A stretch of DNA of 64,000 bases from positions 4,402,001 through 4,466,000 of the forward strand of contig JAYWIR010000013.1 of assembly GCA_036172245.1 (NCBI GenBank), read 5' to 3'. Of the stretch, positions 1-11,509 are shown in pieces (positions within the stretch are counted from its first letter, which is position 1; each line of letters starts with the position of its first letter). Source of the stretch: Raillietiella orientalis (taxonomy: Eukaryota). The translations under genes were made by a program, and so were the position numbers. The notes under the pieces are model-generated. The model worked only from the letters and a program-made list of their open reading frames with translations, did not search any database and was not told the origin of the DNA.

Positions 1-623
1 GGGCACCCAGGATGACCTCCTGATGTTTTATCACGGAGGAATCCAGAGTGGGTCCCGATTGCAGCACTTCACAGGAAGACGGGAAGACCGAGACTGCGCA
101 GCATGTGGAGACGACGACACGAGACTTCACGTCTTGACGTGTCCCACACTGCTGCATGACTGGCTGATCCTGAAAAGGATCATAATACTTACCAACAAGT
201 CCGTTATGGAGATCCTCGCCGGGATGTTTCATGGGGGTGGTAATGTTCCCTGTTACAATCCCATGGTGAGGACGACCATAGCCCCCTTCATCACCGCCAT
301 ACTTGTGCGGTGGTGGAAAATGAGGAAAGCCAGAAGAGCCGCACCACCGATGGAGATCCTACAAGGGCTCTTGAAGAGGGAAATCGGCATCAGGAACTGC
401 GGGAATATCCACGCCTGGACGTACCGATTCATCCTGAAGAGGATCCAGGACGACGCCCGGGACCATCCAGCTGGAATTCCCCCCTGAAAAGCAGAACTCT
501 AGTGCAACCCAAGGATACTTAAGTGCAAAATGTTTGTATTGAGTGAATGAGGGTGCGAATGTAAATATTGTATTTTTATAGAAAAATAAACTTATCCCAC
601 CCCTTGCGGGACTTGGGGAAACT
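1..623 (+). mobile_element. 3' end of L1/Tx1-like LINE, family 'B' (ORF2 C-terminal CCHC region + 3' UTR)
   Basis: ORF 23-487 has a C-x2-C...H...C motif (DCAACGDDDTRLHVLTCP) and closely matches the minus-strand ORF at 53519-54214. Its terminus AATAAA-CTTATCCCACCCCTTGCGGG...GGAAACTT matches the reverse complement of 53246-53285. Confidence 0.85.
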
Positions 624-2110
624 TGGCGATCGTGAGAGGCGCTGCCTCTTGCAGATTGGAGAATTCGCTCGTGGCCTTTGCGACCGCTGGGGCGCTGCTG
701 TAAAGGTTGTACTCTCCTTAGCGGTTTCTTCCATGGCCGCAGTAAGCGCTGCGTCCGCGAGCGAGGTTTGCGAGTTTTTCGGCTGTTTCTTCGCGGTACT
801 CGGCGTTTGGAGCACCTTGGCCGCTGTAGGTTTAGCCGGCACGGAGTTCTTTGCCCGCGGGCGCGATTTTCTTGTATCGGGCGAGCGACCACATTCCTGG
901 CCACTAGCCGAGGCCTTGATAGTAGGCTTTGCGGTCGCGATGCCGACAGTGGGAGGCTTCTTCCCCTTCGGCGCACTCTTTCTTGCATTGGAAAATTCGC
1001 TGCGAGGTCTCGGTGAGATCTCGCATTGCTCGCGAGCTTCTCTCGTCTCGGTAGCCTAAGGCTACGCCGGGACGCGTTTTTTCATGTTTTGCTCCCCAAT
1101 TTTGTGGAGGGGAGAAGGAGTTTTCTGCTCATGCGCGCTCACGGTTTTTGCAACGCTCTCCGAAGTTTCGAGGTTTTTTTTCTCTCTATTCGCGGCGTTT
1201 ATTTCGCAATGCGTTACGCGCTTCGATCTTGCGCTTTTCGTTTTTCAAAAGGAGCTCCGAACGCGTCTCTTTTGTGTGCCCGGGCTCGTGGCAGTAACGG
1301 CAAGCGGCCGAGGGACACTTCGTAAGGCAGTGTCCCTCCTGCCCGCATTCCGCGCACGCAAGCGTTTGCCCCGCAAACCACAGGCAGGGACGGTCATTCC
1401 ATCCACCCGCAGTCGCGCGGGCATTGCGCAGCGATCCGCCATCATCACGCGCACCTGCACGAGCCCGCTGTGATGGTCTTCGAAACCCTCACCAGGGTTT
1501 GGCAACCTCCAAAGCGCGTGAACGGAGGCGAATTTTTCAAGGACCTCCACGACCTGGCGGTCCGAAAAACCCTTGCTCACTTCACTCAGCCGGACAACGA
1601 ACGACTGATCTGATGTGGTGGGGAGTATTTCCTGCCCACGAATGAGCAGCGGCGTGTGCAGCAAACGCGGCGTAATGAGAGCGTTTTTAGTGGACACCTC
1701 CCAGTAGCCGCACCCACTCTTGGGAATGAGGGACTCCAGCTGGACTCTCTGAACTCCAATCCGTTGGAGTTCCTGACCTAACTCGCGCCCAACCCGCTCA
1801 GGCGTAAGGACACTTACCTTATACCTGAGTGCAGGCGTGTAGGCATTTGCTACATACGCCTGCAGCTCAAGGCTGTCGGGCGAAGTTCTTATTGTAGCCG
1901 CGAGGGCAGCTACCTGGGCAAACTTCCTCGACGGCGGCGAGGACAGTGGCTCGTTGCTAGCAGCCGAAACCACCATCTCAGGAGCAGGTGACGTTCCCTT
2001 CTTGTGGCTGATGTTCTTCGCTCCCATTGCAGCACAGAAGCACAGCAGAACAAAAACAAACAAGAGTCAGCCTACCGCGGAGCGACGCAAAAGCACGTCT
2101 GTACGCGACC
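624..2110 (-). mobile_element. 5' part of LINE 'Y' (5' UTR + degenerate ORF1), interrupted at 624 by the B 3' end
   Basis: ORF 1245-2063 (AYVANAYTPALRYKV...VHALWRLP...RLRVDGMTV) is homologous to the other ORF1s and very similar to 24686-26047 (+). The 5' motif GACGTGCTTTTGCGTCGCTCC is at 2079-2099 (rc). Confidence 0.85.
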
Positions 2111-4550
2111 ATCGCTGATGCGGGAGACGGGAGATGTTCCTGCTTCCTTCCGCTCAGGAAAGGTGCGGCTCCTGCCGAAAGGCGAGGATTTGCGCCACCT
2201 TAGCGATTGGCGTCCGATCACCTTGGTGAATTCGGACGTCAAGCTGTTCTTCAAACTTTGGGTTGCGCGGCTGAGGAAAATAGCAGCGTCCTTGGTAAGT
2301 ACGGAGCAGACGTATGCTGTTCCGGAGCGGTCCATGGAAGCGAATCTCTTGTTCGCGCGAACATGGGTCGAGTTGCAGCAGCGCGTGGCGTAGCACAGCC
2401 AGGCAGCTGGAATCGCCGCTGCCAAAGGTGAGCGGCGGTGTTCAAGGTACGATGGAACGCCGGAAACCTCAGCAGTCGCCTTCTATCTCTGCAAAGCGTT
2501 CGACAGCGTCAACCAGGACCTCCTTCTTGAGATTCTAGGAGCCTAGGTCTCTCGACGCACCTCATCGCCTACTTGCGCTCCAGCTGGCGTCACGCTTTAT
2601 GCTGTACCTCCTTCAGCGGGCGCAACGTATACGGCGTGCTCATGCAGCGGGGTATCAGGCAGGGAGACACCTTAAACCCCCTGCTCTTCAGCATCTTCTT
2701 TGAGTTGGTGCTGACGGCTTACAGGCTGACGGTTGCCAGCCTGCCGAGCTTCTGCCCGGGAATACCGGCCGTGTCCGCATATGCTGACGACCTTATCCTT
2801 TTGCTGACAATGTTCATTCAGGCGTCAAGCCTCAAGGACTTCTTCGAGCTCATTCGTCGGAGTGCGGGCTTGTGCGTCAACACGACGAACTCAACCGTTG
2901 CACCGGTAGGCTCTACGTGGGAGGGGCAGTCCGACTGGATCCGCATGGGGATCTCCACGGGCAGGTGCTTTAAGTACCTTGGTGTTCCCATGTGCGCCTT
3001 CGGTCCATCAGAAGCGTGTTCGGACTGCCTTCACAAGTCCGAGACTGCTCTTAGTCCGTTACAAGGTGGCGAGTTACTCCTGTCGGAACGGGCCTTCGTG
3101 TGGAACATCTTCGTAGCCCCCCTCCTCCGTCCCCTCTTTTTTGTTTGTCCCCCTTTCTACTCGGCTAAGCGTCGGGCGCAACGCCTGTTGCGAAATGCCT
3201 TGCGGCAACCGGCGATGTCTAGGATACGCCTCAAGGACTTCACAGCTCCTCGGCTTGTTGCAGGATTGGGCATCCTGACGCTGGTGCCAATCGGACTGCT
3301 AGTGCAGTTCCTCCAGCTGGCACTTTGCGCCCAGCTATGGACTGCTTCCTGGTGTGTTCCAGCGCGGCTGCTGCTGCGGCGCTGAACGGGTGGCAGCGGA
3401 CAACGTTCGTAGCACCTGCGCACGGAGTGCGCCCAGAGAGAAGTCGGCTTCCCACTGAAGCAGCTCTCCTCGCTTCTGGGAAAGCATGCTTGGATCTCCT
3501 GCCGGCCGACTAACTTAACGCCTGCAGGCAATGAGCCTTATCGTCCTTGGCAGCGCAACAATATCTGTCTTGTTTGGAACTCAGTTGCGCAAAACTTTCC
3601 GCAAACTGTCAAGTGGTGGAGGTGCTTGAAGACCAGGAGCAGTGGACACGCCTAGCCACTACGCCACTCGCCGAAGCACTGTCTGCACTGATGGTTTGAG
3701 GCGACAGTGACCTACCGTGGAGGTGGGAGGTCGCCTGCAAAATTGCAGGCGAAACAAGACTGCAGGGTGGCTGGAGGACTTGCGGGCTGGCAGACGCTGC
3801 CACGCGTCGCCTTTGCGCCAAGGGACTTTTCCGGTGGAGCGAGCTCCTTGGTGTGCCCACCTAAGAACTTCTGGTCCCTTCTGCGTGCTTGGACGCGACT
3901 GTGTTCCCCACTCGGTGGAAACAGGACGCTTCTCTGCTGGTGCATTGAGGTCTTTACAGCAACCAGCGCGCGCGCCTGATTTCCGAGTGAGTTGCGTTCC
4001 CGAACTGCGTCAAGTGCGCAGCGGTGGAATGGCTTCCGCATTTGCTGTATGAATGCGGTGCCCGCCAGGAGCTGTGGCGGCGGATGTCGTCAGCGTTCCA
4101 GCACCCCGGAAACACCGCACTGGATTGGATGTGCCGCTTCTTCACGCGTGGCAGTCTTTCTGTTGAAGCGGTCATCGCAATCATCAGCTGCGTCCGCGTC
4201 ATTGTCAGTGTCCCCCACGTATTCCAGAGGCGAGCAGTGCCAACATCGCTGCCCGACACTGCAGCCTGCAACCTGCAAATGGCGGCCGGGTGGCCACATC
4301 TTGGAGCAGAACTGAGGAAGGAGATCGGCGGCATTCACCGCCGGTTCTGAGAATAGGAACGGCTGGACTATAGACCCTTATCCCTACCCTCCCACATAAT
4401 TTATTTATTTATTGTCCCCTCCCTCCCATTCCGAACTCTCAGTGTGCCCGGCCTGTGTGCAGGGTAATGTACTCCCCATCTTTTGTTCCCCTTGGCTGGG
4501 AACACAGTTCGCAGAGGTTTTTATCAATAAACGTCCCGGCGTAACCGGGT
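2111..4550 (+). mobile_element. 3' part of LINE 'Z' (decayed RT, CCHC, 3' UTR)
   Basis: RT motifs WRPITLVNSDVK, RGIRQGDTLNP, AYADD and FKYLG, plus C-terminal CVKC...HLLYEC, are split by stops and frameshifts. Ends in AATAAA + CCCGG-CGTAA-CCGGG at 4526-4549. Confidence 0.9.
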
Positions 4551-4554
4551 AATA

Positions 4555-5733
4555 AACGACGACGGAGCAGCTTTTCGTTTTTTCGCGGCGCGGAACGGTT
4601 TCGCTCCGTTTCTCCACGTTCTTTCTTTTTTGGGGTTCTTTTTCTTGGGGTCGAACTTCTGCCACCCTGGCTCCTGATTGTCGCCCTCGACCTTCTCGGC
4701 ATTTTCTGCCGTGTTCTCGAAACTAGCCTTCGCCTTGGTTGCGCTGGTGACCTCCATAGCTTCAGATCGCGCTGCCTGCTTCTTTCGTTTTTTCGCTGCG
4801 TGCTTTCTCGCATTTTTCGCAGACGCGACGCGGACTGAGTTTTGGTTCCACACACGACGAGTGTACCCCTCTTGCTTGCACAGCTGGCACTAAACGCACG
4901 GACTCCTCATTTTGAGGTGACAAAAGCTGCTTCAGCACCCGCAGAACTTGGCTTTACCCACATATCGCACATCAACGGATTCACCGTTGACGGTCAGTTT
5001 GTGGGGAAATTCACACTCCTCGCGGAGCGTTACTCGCGCTGCAGCCAGGCCGCCAAGCACCCCGTCGTAATCCACGAACGGAGTGGGCTTACCCAACAGC
5101 GCGTGCACGGTCGCAATTTCTTTCAGTGCGTTCCGGACGGCATCCTTGGTCATCCGGAACGTAATGCCGGTAATTGGGAGTAAGGTGAGTAAAGGTGAGT
5201 AATCACTGACCGGTCTTCGGTAATTGGGAGAAGTCTCCGGCTGTCCATTATTACGGAGGTTCGCAGAAGTCTCTGCGCAAGGGTTCCCTCCCTGCAGATG
5301 ACTTTTAGAAACTGACCCCGCTTCTGAGAGACATGGACAGAAGCTCCTCCTTTTGTACTTCGAGAGCGCGCATCGTCTGCGAGAATGCACGCGCGGTCTC
5401 TGGAGAATACAAATTCCCTAGCTTTTATAGAAGGGGTGGGTTATACCCTTCCTTTTAGTTAGGCACGCATCTCCGCCATAGCCGCTGGCGTAGGTGCCGC
5501 AGCCACGGCGTTCCAAACTCTGGGTAGGGTCGGGGGCGCATCCGTGCTGGCGGGAGCCCTCACTTCCATCTTCTCCGGATGCAATGGGGTCATCGCTCCC
5601 GGATCCTCATCGGTGGTGGGATCAGGCATTGCTGCCGAATCCTCCACCCACATTAAGCACAAGCACCAACGGAAACGAAACTCTGGAGCAGCGAAAAGCC
5701 ACGTCCACTCGACGCTCCGCAATCTCAAAGATT
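4555..5733 (-). mobile_element. 5' part of LINE 'X' (degenerate ORF1), cut at the C-S-V-V motif by Z
   Basis: ORF1 motifs ITGITFRM...VHALLGKP...HKLTVNGESVDVRYVGK, PGWQK and KSCSVVV. 5' motif at 5685-5705 (rc). Confidence 0.8.
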
Positions 5734-5809
5734 AAGACTTTTTAAAGGCCTCGGTCCGCGAGTTTTTCGAGTTCAACCGGGATTGCCTGCCTTGGGGATG
5801 CGGTGTTGC

Positions 5810-8748
5810 CACCAGGGTACGCCCGTGACGTTTATTTCGAAAACTCTACAGCAACGTTGTATACGGCCCCAATAAAGGCCACACAACACCGGTAGTGCCG
5901 GGACGCCGGGACGCAGCTCGGCAAGACGCTCCTCGGCAGTAGAGGGGGATGGAGGAGAAAACAAAAATAAAAATAAAGTTGGAGAAAAACAAAAAAAAGT
6001 TTTGAGGGAAAGGTAGGGATCACAATTCACTGGAAGGAGGGTCCATCCTTAGCAGGACACCCTTGTGGTCCATCCTCATGCTTCCCAGTTGGGGTCATCT
6101 CGCAGCTCTCCGCATAAAGCCGACCGCATACGGGATGACATCCCTCTCGCTGGCATCCACTCCCTCGTCGCGAGTATCGCTCCAGGCCGCCACGATGCCT
6201 CGGATCCAGCAGAGGGCTGCGAGGGCTGTGGCGGGCTGCAGGGCGTCCCGTACAAAGAAAAGCCGAAGAACTTCTCTGGGCGTGCTGCCCATTGGGAGAC
6301 CGAGGGTCGTCCCGAACCGTTCCCATAGGGGTCGGAGGGCAGCACAGTCAACAAGTAGTTAAGGGAGCGATGCCCGCTCCCCACACCTGGCACATTCAGG
6401 CCTTACACTTCCCCGTGTCCAGTGGAAGCGGGGCGCGTTGCAGGGTAGACCCCAGTGCAACAGCAGCAGCGCCGTTTCCTACCCCTTCAGGGGAAGAAGC
6501 CTGGATCTGAGTAATACTGAGGGCCACTTCATGTCATCCGTCGTGATGCCGAGCAGCTTGCCTTATCTTTGAAATCCATGCGGGAGGGCACTCGGGTCGT
6601 GGCATCTCCCAGTTCTCTCATGGTCCAACCGCTCATCTTGCTTTCTCTGCCTGCCATTCGGCAGGAGACTTGCCACTTTGTTGTCCGGCCGCTGGTTAGA
6701 GCCCTCCGTAAGAAGGGCAGCTTTGAAGCTAAAGGGGTGGTCTCCGCCCACGTGCTCCTGCCGGGACACTCCATGGTGGTCAGTAGAATGCAGCAGGCCT
6801 TGGGGCCGAATCGCAGGTGGTTCCAGTCATGTCCGGTAGGATGGTTCAACTTGTCCCGCGTCCCAACTGATTTTTCCAGCCAAGCGAGGGAGTTGGCAAT
6901 GCTGCATATCGTCCAGCCATTTTCCATCACCAGGGCCTCCATGTGTCCAAGGAGAAGGCCGCATCTCCTGACCTTCCTGCCGAGGCACAGAGGAAAAGAC
7001 GCGAGTCCTGGCGTCCTGGATACACAACTGGCAAGGATGTTGGCCGGAACGCAACAAGCAGTGTTCCATGTCTTTGCTGCGATGGCTAGGGTGCGCCATC
7101 GCAGCTGCATGTCCAAACGCTTTAGCGTCAGAAGGCCAAGACCGCCGTCCTGACGCGGAGCGCATTAGTCCTTTAGAGGCACACGTAACCTTTCGCTGAC
7201 CGAGAGGGCGATGCGGAGAAGGTCTTTGGTCCTCTTATTCAACCCATGGGGACGGGGCAAACAAAATGCAGGGGGCGGAGGATGGGAGCCGCGAACGCGT
7301 TGCACACCGCGGCCCGTTCCGGTGAAAGGAACTTGTCTTCAAGGAACGGGCCGATTGTAAACTCTACCTTTTGAAGACTACCTGACGAGGCTTCTGCGAG
7401 GCAGAAGTTCCCCAACGGGACTCCCAGGAACTTCAGGTACCTGGCCGTGGGGATGCCCAAGCGGATCCAGTCAGGCCAACCAGCCCACGTCGCACTCACC
7501 GGTACCACCGACGACTTTGCCTTGTTTACCCGCAATCCAGTCCCACGGCTTGGGAGGTCAAAGAAGTCCTCGACTGCGGCTCACGGGGCGGACATGGGCA
7601 ACTTCAGCAGAAGATCGTCGGTGTATGCTTCTATTGCAGGCGTGCCGTGGCACGAGCTCAGCAAGGCCGCCAAGGTCACCTTGTACGCTCTCAGCACCAA
7701 CTGAAAATAGGTGCTAAAAAGCAGGGGACTTAGGCTATCGCCGTGCCGCTTGCTCCGCCGCGCAAACAAGCCGTACGTTGTTTGTCTGCTTGAGGAGAGG
7801 TTGATTAACGCATTCCGCCAGCAAGAGCGCATGTAGGAGAGAAGGGAGGGTGGAAAGTTCATGCGACCCTGGAGCTCCAGCAGTAGCTCGTGGTCCACAT
7901 AGTTGAACGCCTTGTGGAGATCGACTGCGATCGTTAGGGCCTCCTTCCGCACCTCGGTGTCCGTTCCCAGCACAGCTGGCGGCTCCAAATTGGGGTTGCC
8001 AATTCTTGTCTCTGTTTTGTGTTGACATTTTTGCACATGGAATCATGTGCTCGCGAAGAGCAGCTTGGCATTCATACTTCGCCCAGGAACAGCGTATGTC
8101 TGCTCCGGGCTAATTATGGAGTCGGCCATCTGTCCTAGACGCAAAGCCCACAGTCCAGCAATCAACTTGAAGGCCGTGTTCACAGTTGTGGCCGGACGTC
8201 AATTGCTCAGTGTTCTCAGGTCTCCTTCCTTAGGGGGCAGTCTCACTTTGGCTGCCCGAATCGAAGCGGGAACGTCGCCTTCGTCTCGGTTCAGTCAAGT
8301 GAACTGAAGCACCAGGGGTGCCCGCTCTGCCGCTAAGCATTAGAAAAACTCCGCGGGCAGGCCGTCCTTCCCTGACGCCTTGCGCCTCTTGTGCCTTTTA
8401 ATACCGGCGAGAATTTCACCGGTAGTAAAAGGCTCGTCAAGGCTAACCATCTGCTTTTCCCCTATTGCCGGGCGCCGTACGGAAGCAGGAGCCGCTAGAC
8501 ATCCGGCTCTGGGGGTGCCCTGGCGTAAAGGGAGGAATAGAATAGTCTCACGAGGTGCCTGATAGCGAGTGGGGCCGAGCTCCCTCGACCCTGTTCGTCC
8601 AGCAATCTGCTCGATCCAGAGTGCCAAGCTTAACGCTCGGCCCCGGCTCGACATTCGGCCAGGCGAAGGACATTGGGATTCCTCTCGTACAGGTATTCCT
8701 GTAAATAGGCCGTATGGATGCAAGCCCCTCTCCAAATCCGTGGAGAGC
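5810..8748 (-). mobile_element. 3' part of LINE 'M' (decayed ORF2 from post-EN linker to 3' UTR)
   Basis: KASGKDGLPAEF, AVDLHKAF, GDSLSPLLF, AYTDD and YLKFLG in ORFs at 7239-8750. Terminal AATAAA + degenerate hairpin at about 5810-5836 (rc). Confidence 0.85.
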
Positions 8749-8749
8749 A

Positions 8750-10772
8750 AACGTGTTTTTCAGTCGCTCCCGAGTGAGTCGACAGGAAGCGGTTGTTTTT
8801 GTGGTGTTTTGTGTGGAACATCGCTGGTGTCCGATGGCAACCTTGCCTGAGGACACCACGATAGAGGTAGGCGTGGGGAAGGCTTGTTCACCCCCACAGC
8901 CTACAGAATCAGGGGCGTCCGCCGCGGAATCGCCCTCGCCGCTCAAGGCGAGGAGCTGGAGCTCTATGGTGGCCGCGCCTAGCGCGGAAGCCATGGCCCA
9001 GATGGCAGCCTACCGGGTAGCTGGGTACCAGCCCAGCTTGGTGTACCAGGTAGGCAATCTCTTTGACGGGCGAACTGCACGCGCTTTTTTGAAGGCGCTG
9101 CAGAACGGCAACGTACTAGAGAAGCATCTTGACGGTCTATCCGTGCTCAGCGGGTGTCAGCGCGTCGAGGTTGTCTGTAAGGACATAACCTTGGCGCAAA
9201 GCTTGATCACTACCCCGCTGAACGTGGACGGGCGCAAGATGCTGCCAGTCACGATGGACCGCTTCGTAGTGGTCCATCTGACTGGCATCACCAGCCGCAT
9301 GACGCGGTCTGCGGCTGGTGATCAACTGAGAAAATTCGTCCAAGTACACGCGCTATGGCCAAAGGTCACAATCTTCGATGGCCAAGATAGCCTTCTAGGG
9401 GGCAGGCCTCCGCGCGTGTGACGGTAAAGAAGAATAGTGGGCTTCCTCACAAACTAGAGGTCAATGACGAAGTCGTAGACCTCTGGTACGTAAGGAAACC
9501 CCGCTATTGTGGCTACTGCAATGCAGTAGGACACCTTCGTAAGAAGTGCCCCAACATTGTGTGCTACTTATGCGGGGAGAAGAACTACGTGCGCCGCGTG
9601 TGCCCTAAACGCCCCGCTCCGGTGCCGCCTGCAGCCAAGAAAGCGCAGGCTAAACGCGGAAACTTGGTCGAAAGACCAAAGAGAGATACTGGCCGGCAGC
9701 AGCCGCATGCCCCTGTTCCTCCCACACAGGCGTTGGAAGAAAAACCTTCCGAAGACGCGGGAGTCAAGGACGGCTGGCAGATGGTTGAGGCCAGAAAGGA
9801 GAAAAAGGTGCCCCCCGCTGAACCCGCGAAAGCGGTAAAAAAGACAGCCGGCAAGGTGAAAAAACCCCCACGCTCAAAGACTCTACGGGAATGTACGGTG
9901 GCACTGGAACGCATAGCCGTTCCCGAGACTGCCACCCGGGGCGAGGAGCCTGCCCTCGCCGTTTCCGCCGTGCTTGAGGTTCGCGACGGCGAACCCTCTG
10001 TTTACACAGAGGGTGAGCCGCGCGACGCGCCGGTCGAAGCCGAGGACGCCGCGTTCGCGCAGGCTGCGGAGGAGCTCGCGGCCACGCTGGCCGAGCGTGA
10101 GATCCCCTCGCGCAAGGCCGTGCGAAGGCCGGCTTCGTCGAAAAAAACCCCCACAGGTGAGTTAGACCTGGGGGACGGAAGTACATCCTCCTCCTCCGAG
10201 GCAACTTCCAGGAATTCGGGACGCAAGTCCCCGAAACCCAGGAGGCGCCTATCCTCCACCAGCGAGGAGGAGCAGCAGGAAGGCAGCGGAAGCGTGGGAA
10301 TCCCGGAGGGGGAAGTCCCACGCTCGGAAGCCGTGGAGCCGGCCATCCTTATGGAGAAGGGTGAGCAGGGGGCGAAGTCCTCCCTGCAGTCGCGGAGCCT
10401 GAACAGCCCGCTTCCATGGAGGAGGGCCAACAGGTAGGCGCGAATCCACCTGAAAGTGACCCGCTGGACGCGGCATTACCCATGGGGGAGGGGGACCAGG
10501 TGCATTCAGCGTCTGACTCTTCTCCTCCACCTAGCGTCCCGCCCCAACAGCTGGCGGACGCCGCATCGCCATCTTCCCAGGAGTAACACCTGGGCTCGCC
10601 AGTGGCCGTCGGATTCGCGCAGCCTGTTAAAATGTCAACCGGCTGCGCGACGACGGTAACAGGCGAGATACAGCCGACACCCTGCGTAAGCTCGACCTGG
10701 CCCTGCTGCAGGAGATCCACGTGATCACCGCGAAACACGCCCAGGAGATCGAGACGATCGCGGGTGGTCAGT
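8750..10772 (+). mobile_element. 5' part of LINE 'N' (ORF1 with two zinc knuckles + start of endonuclease); same family as Q
   Basis: ORFs 8714-9421 and 9418-10437 contain CGYCNAVGHLRKKC and CYLCGEKNYVRRVC. EN start LALLQEIH at about 10700. Highly similar to ORF 58741-60270. Confidence 0.9.
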
Positions 10773-11500
10773 TGGTTATCATCCGGGTGCGCCGGGGCGT
10801 TTGTTACAACCTATCCGGGAACAGAGTTCCTGGACAAAGGGAAAGACAATAGACAAAGGGGGGGGATCCCGGACACGCAGGTCGGTATGCCGAAAGTCCG
10901 GAACGGAAGGGAGGGGACCACAAATACACTACTATAAAAAATAAAAATAAAAATATGGTGGGCAGGGGACAGTGGTCTTTGGTGAGTCCGTTCCTTCCTT
11001 TTAAAACCCGCGATGGATGCCGGCGATCTCTCTCCTTACGTCCTGTGGCAGATGGGTCCACTCGGCAGCCTACGACATCCTTGCGCTGGCTAATCCGGTG
11101 GGCTGACGAACGATGGCCAGCTTCTGCAACTCTCGGTGGGCCTTGTCGATGGCGCGGGTGCAACACACGGTTGCAACGACATCACCCAAAGACAGGCCGC
11201 CTGGCGTGAAGAAGCGGCTTATCAAGTCCCTCGCGGTGTCCCCCTGGTGCGGGAGAGCTGAGGCCAGCGTCTGCCAAAGTCCTAGAAGGGCACCGCAGTT
11301 CAGGAGCAGGTGCGGGAGCGTTTTTATTTCCCCGCACTGCTTACAGTTTGGGGAGACAACTCCCCCGGAAACACGGTTCGTCCGCTGGTTGGAGTGAAAA
11401 CCCCAATGCACCAGCATGATGACGTCCTGCTTCCACGAAAGGGGGAACCCAGAAGTGTTCAAACAGGAGGGAAGAACCACAAGTTCTTCGGGGACCACAC
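10773..11500 (-). mobile_element. 5'-truncated LINE 'L' 3' end (CCHC + 3' UTR)
   Basis: ORF 11070-11498 has HWGF...PNCKQCGEIKTLPHLLLNC. Terminal hairpin at about 10782-10800. Confidence 0.85.
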
Positions 11501-11509
11501 TTGAGTGTT

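Noticed and set aside
4400..4500. Self-cleaving ribozyme in the GC-rich 3' UTR cores or 5' UTRs
   Set aside because: I could not find a hammerhead core (CUGANGA...GAAA) or a convincing HDV double pseudoknot by eye. An Infernal search would be needed.
8740..8760. Target specificity for all families
   Set aside because: N and Q (same family) and U and U' have unrelated 5' flanks, so evidence for specificity is limited to Z and Y.
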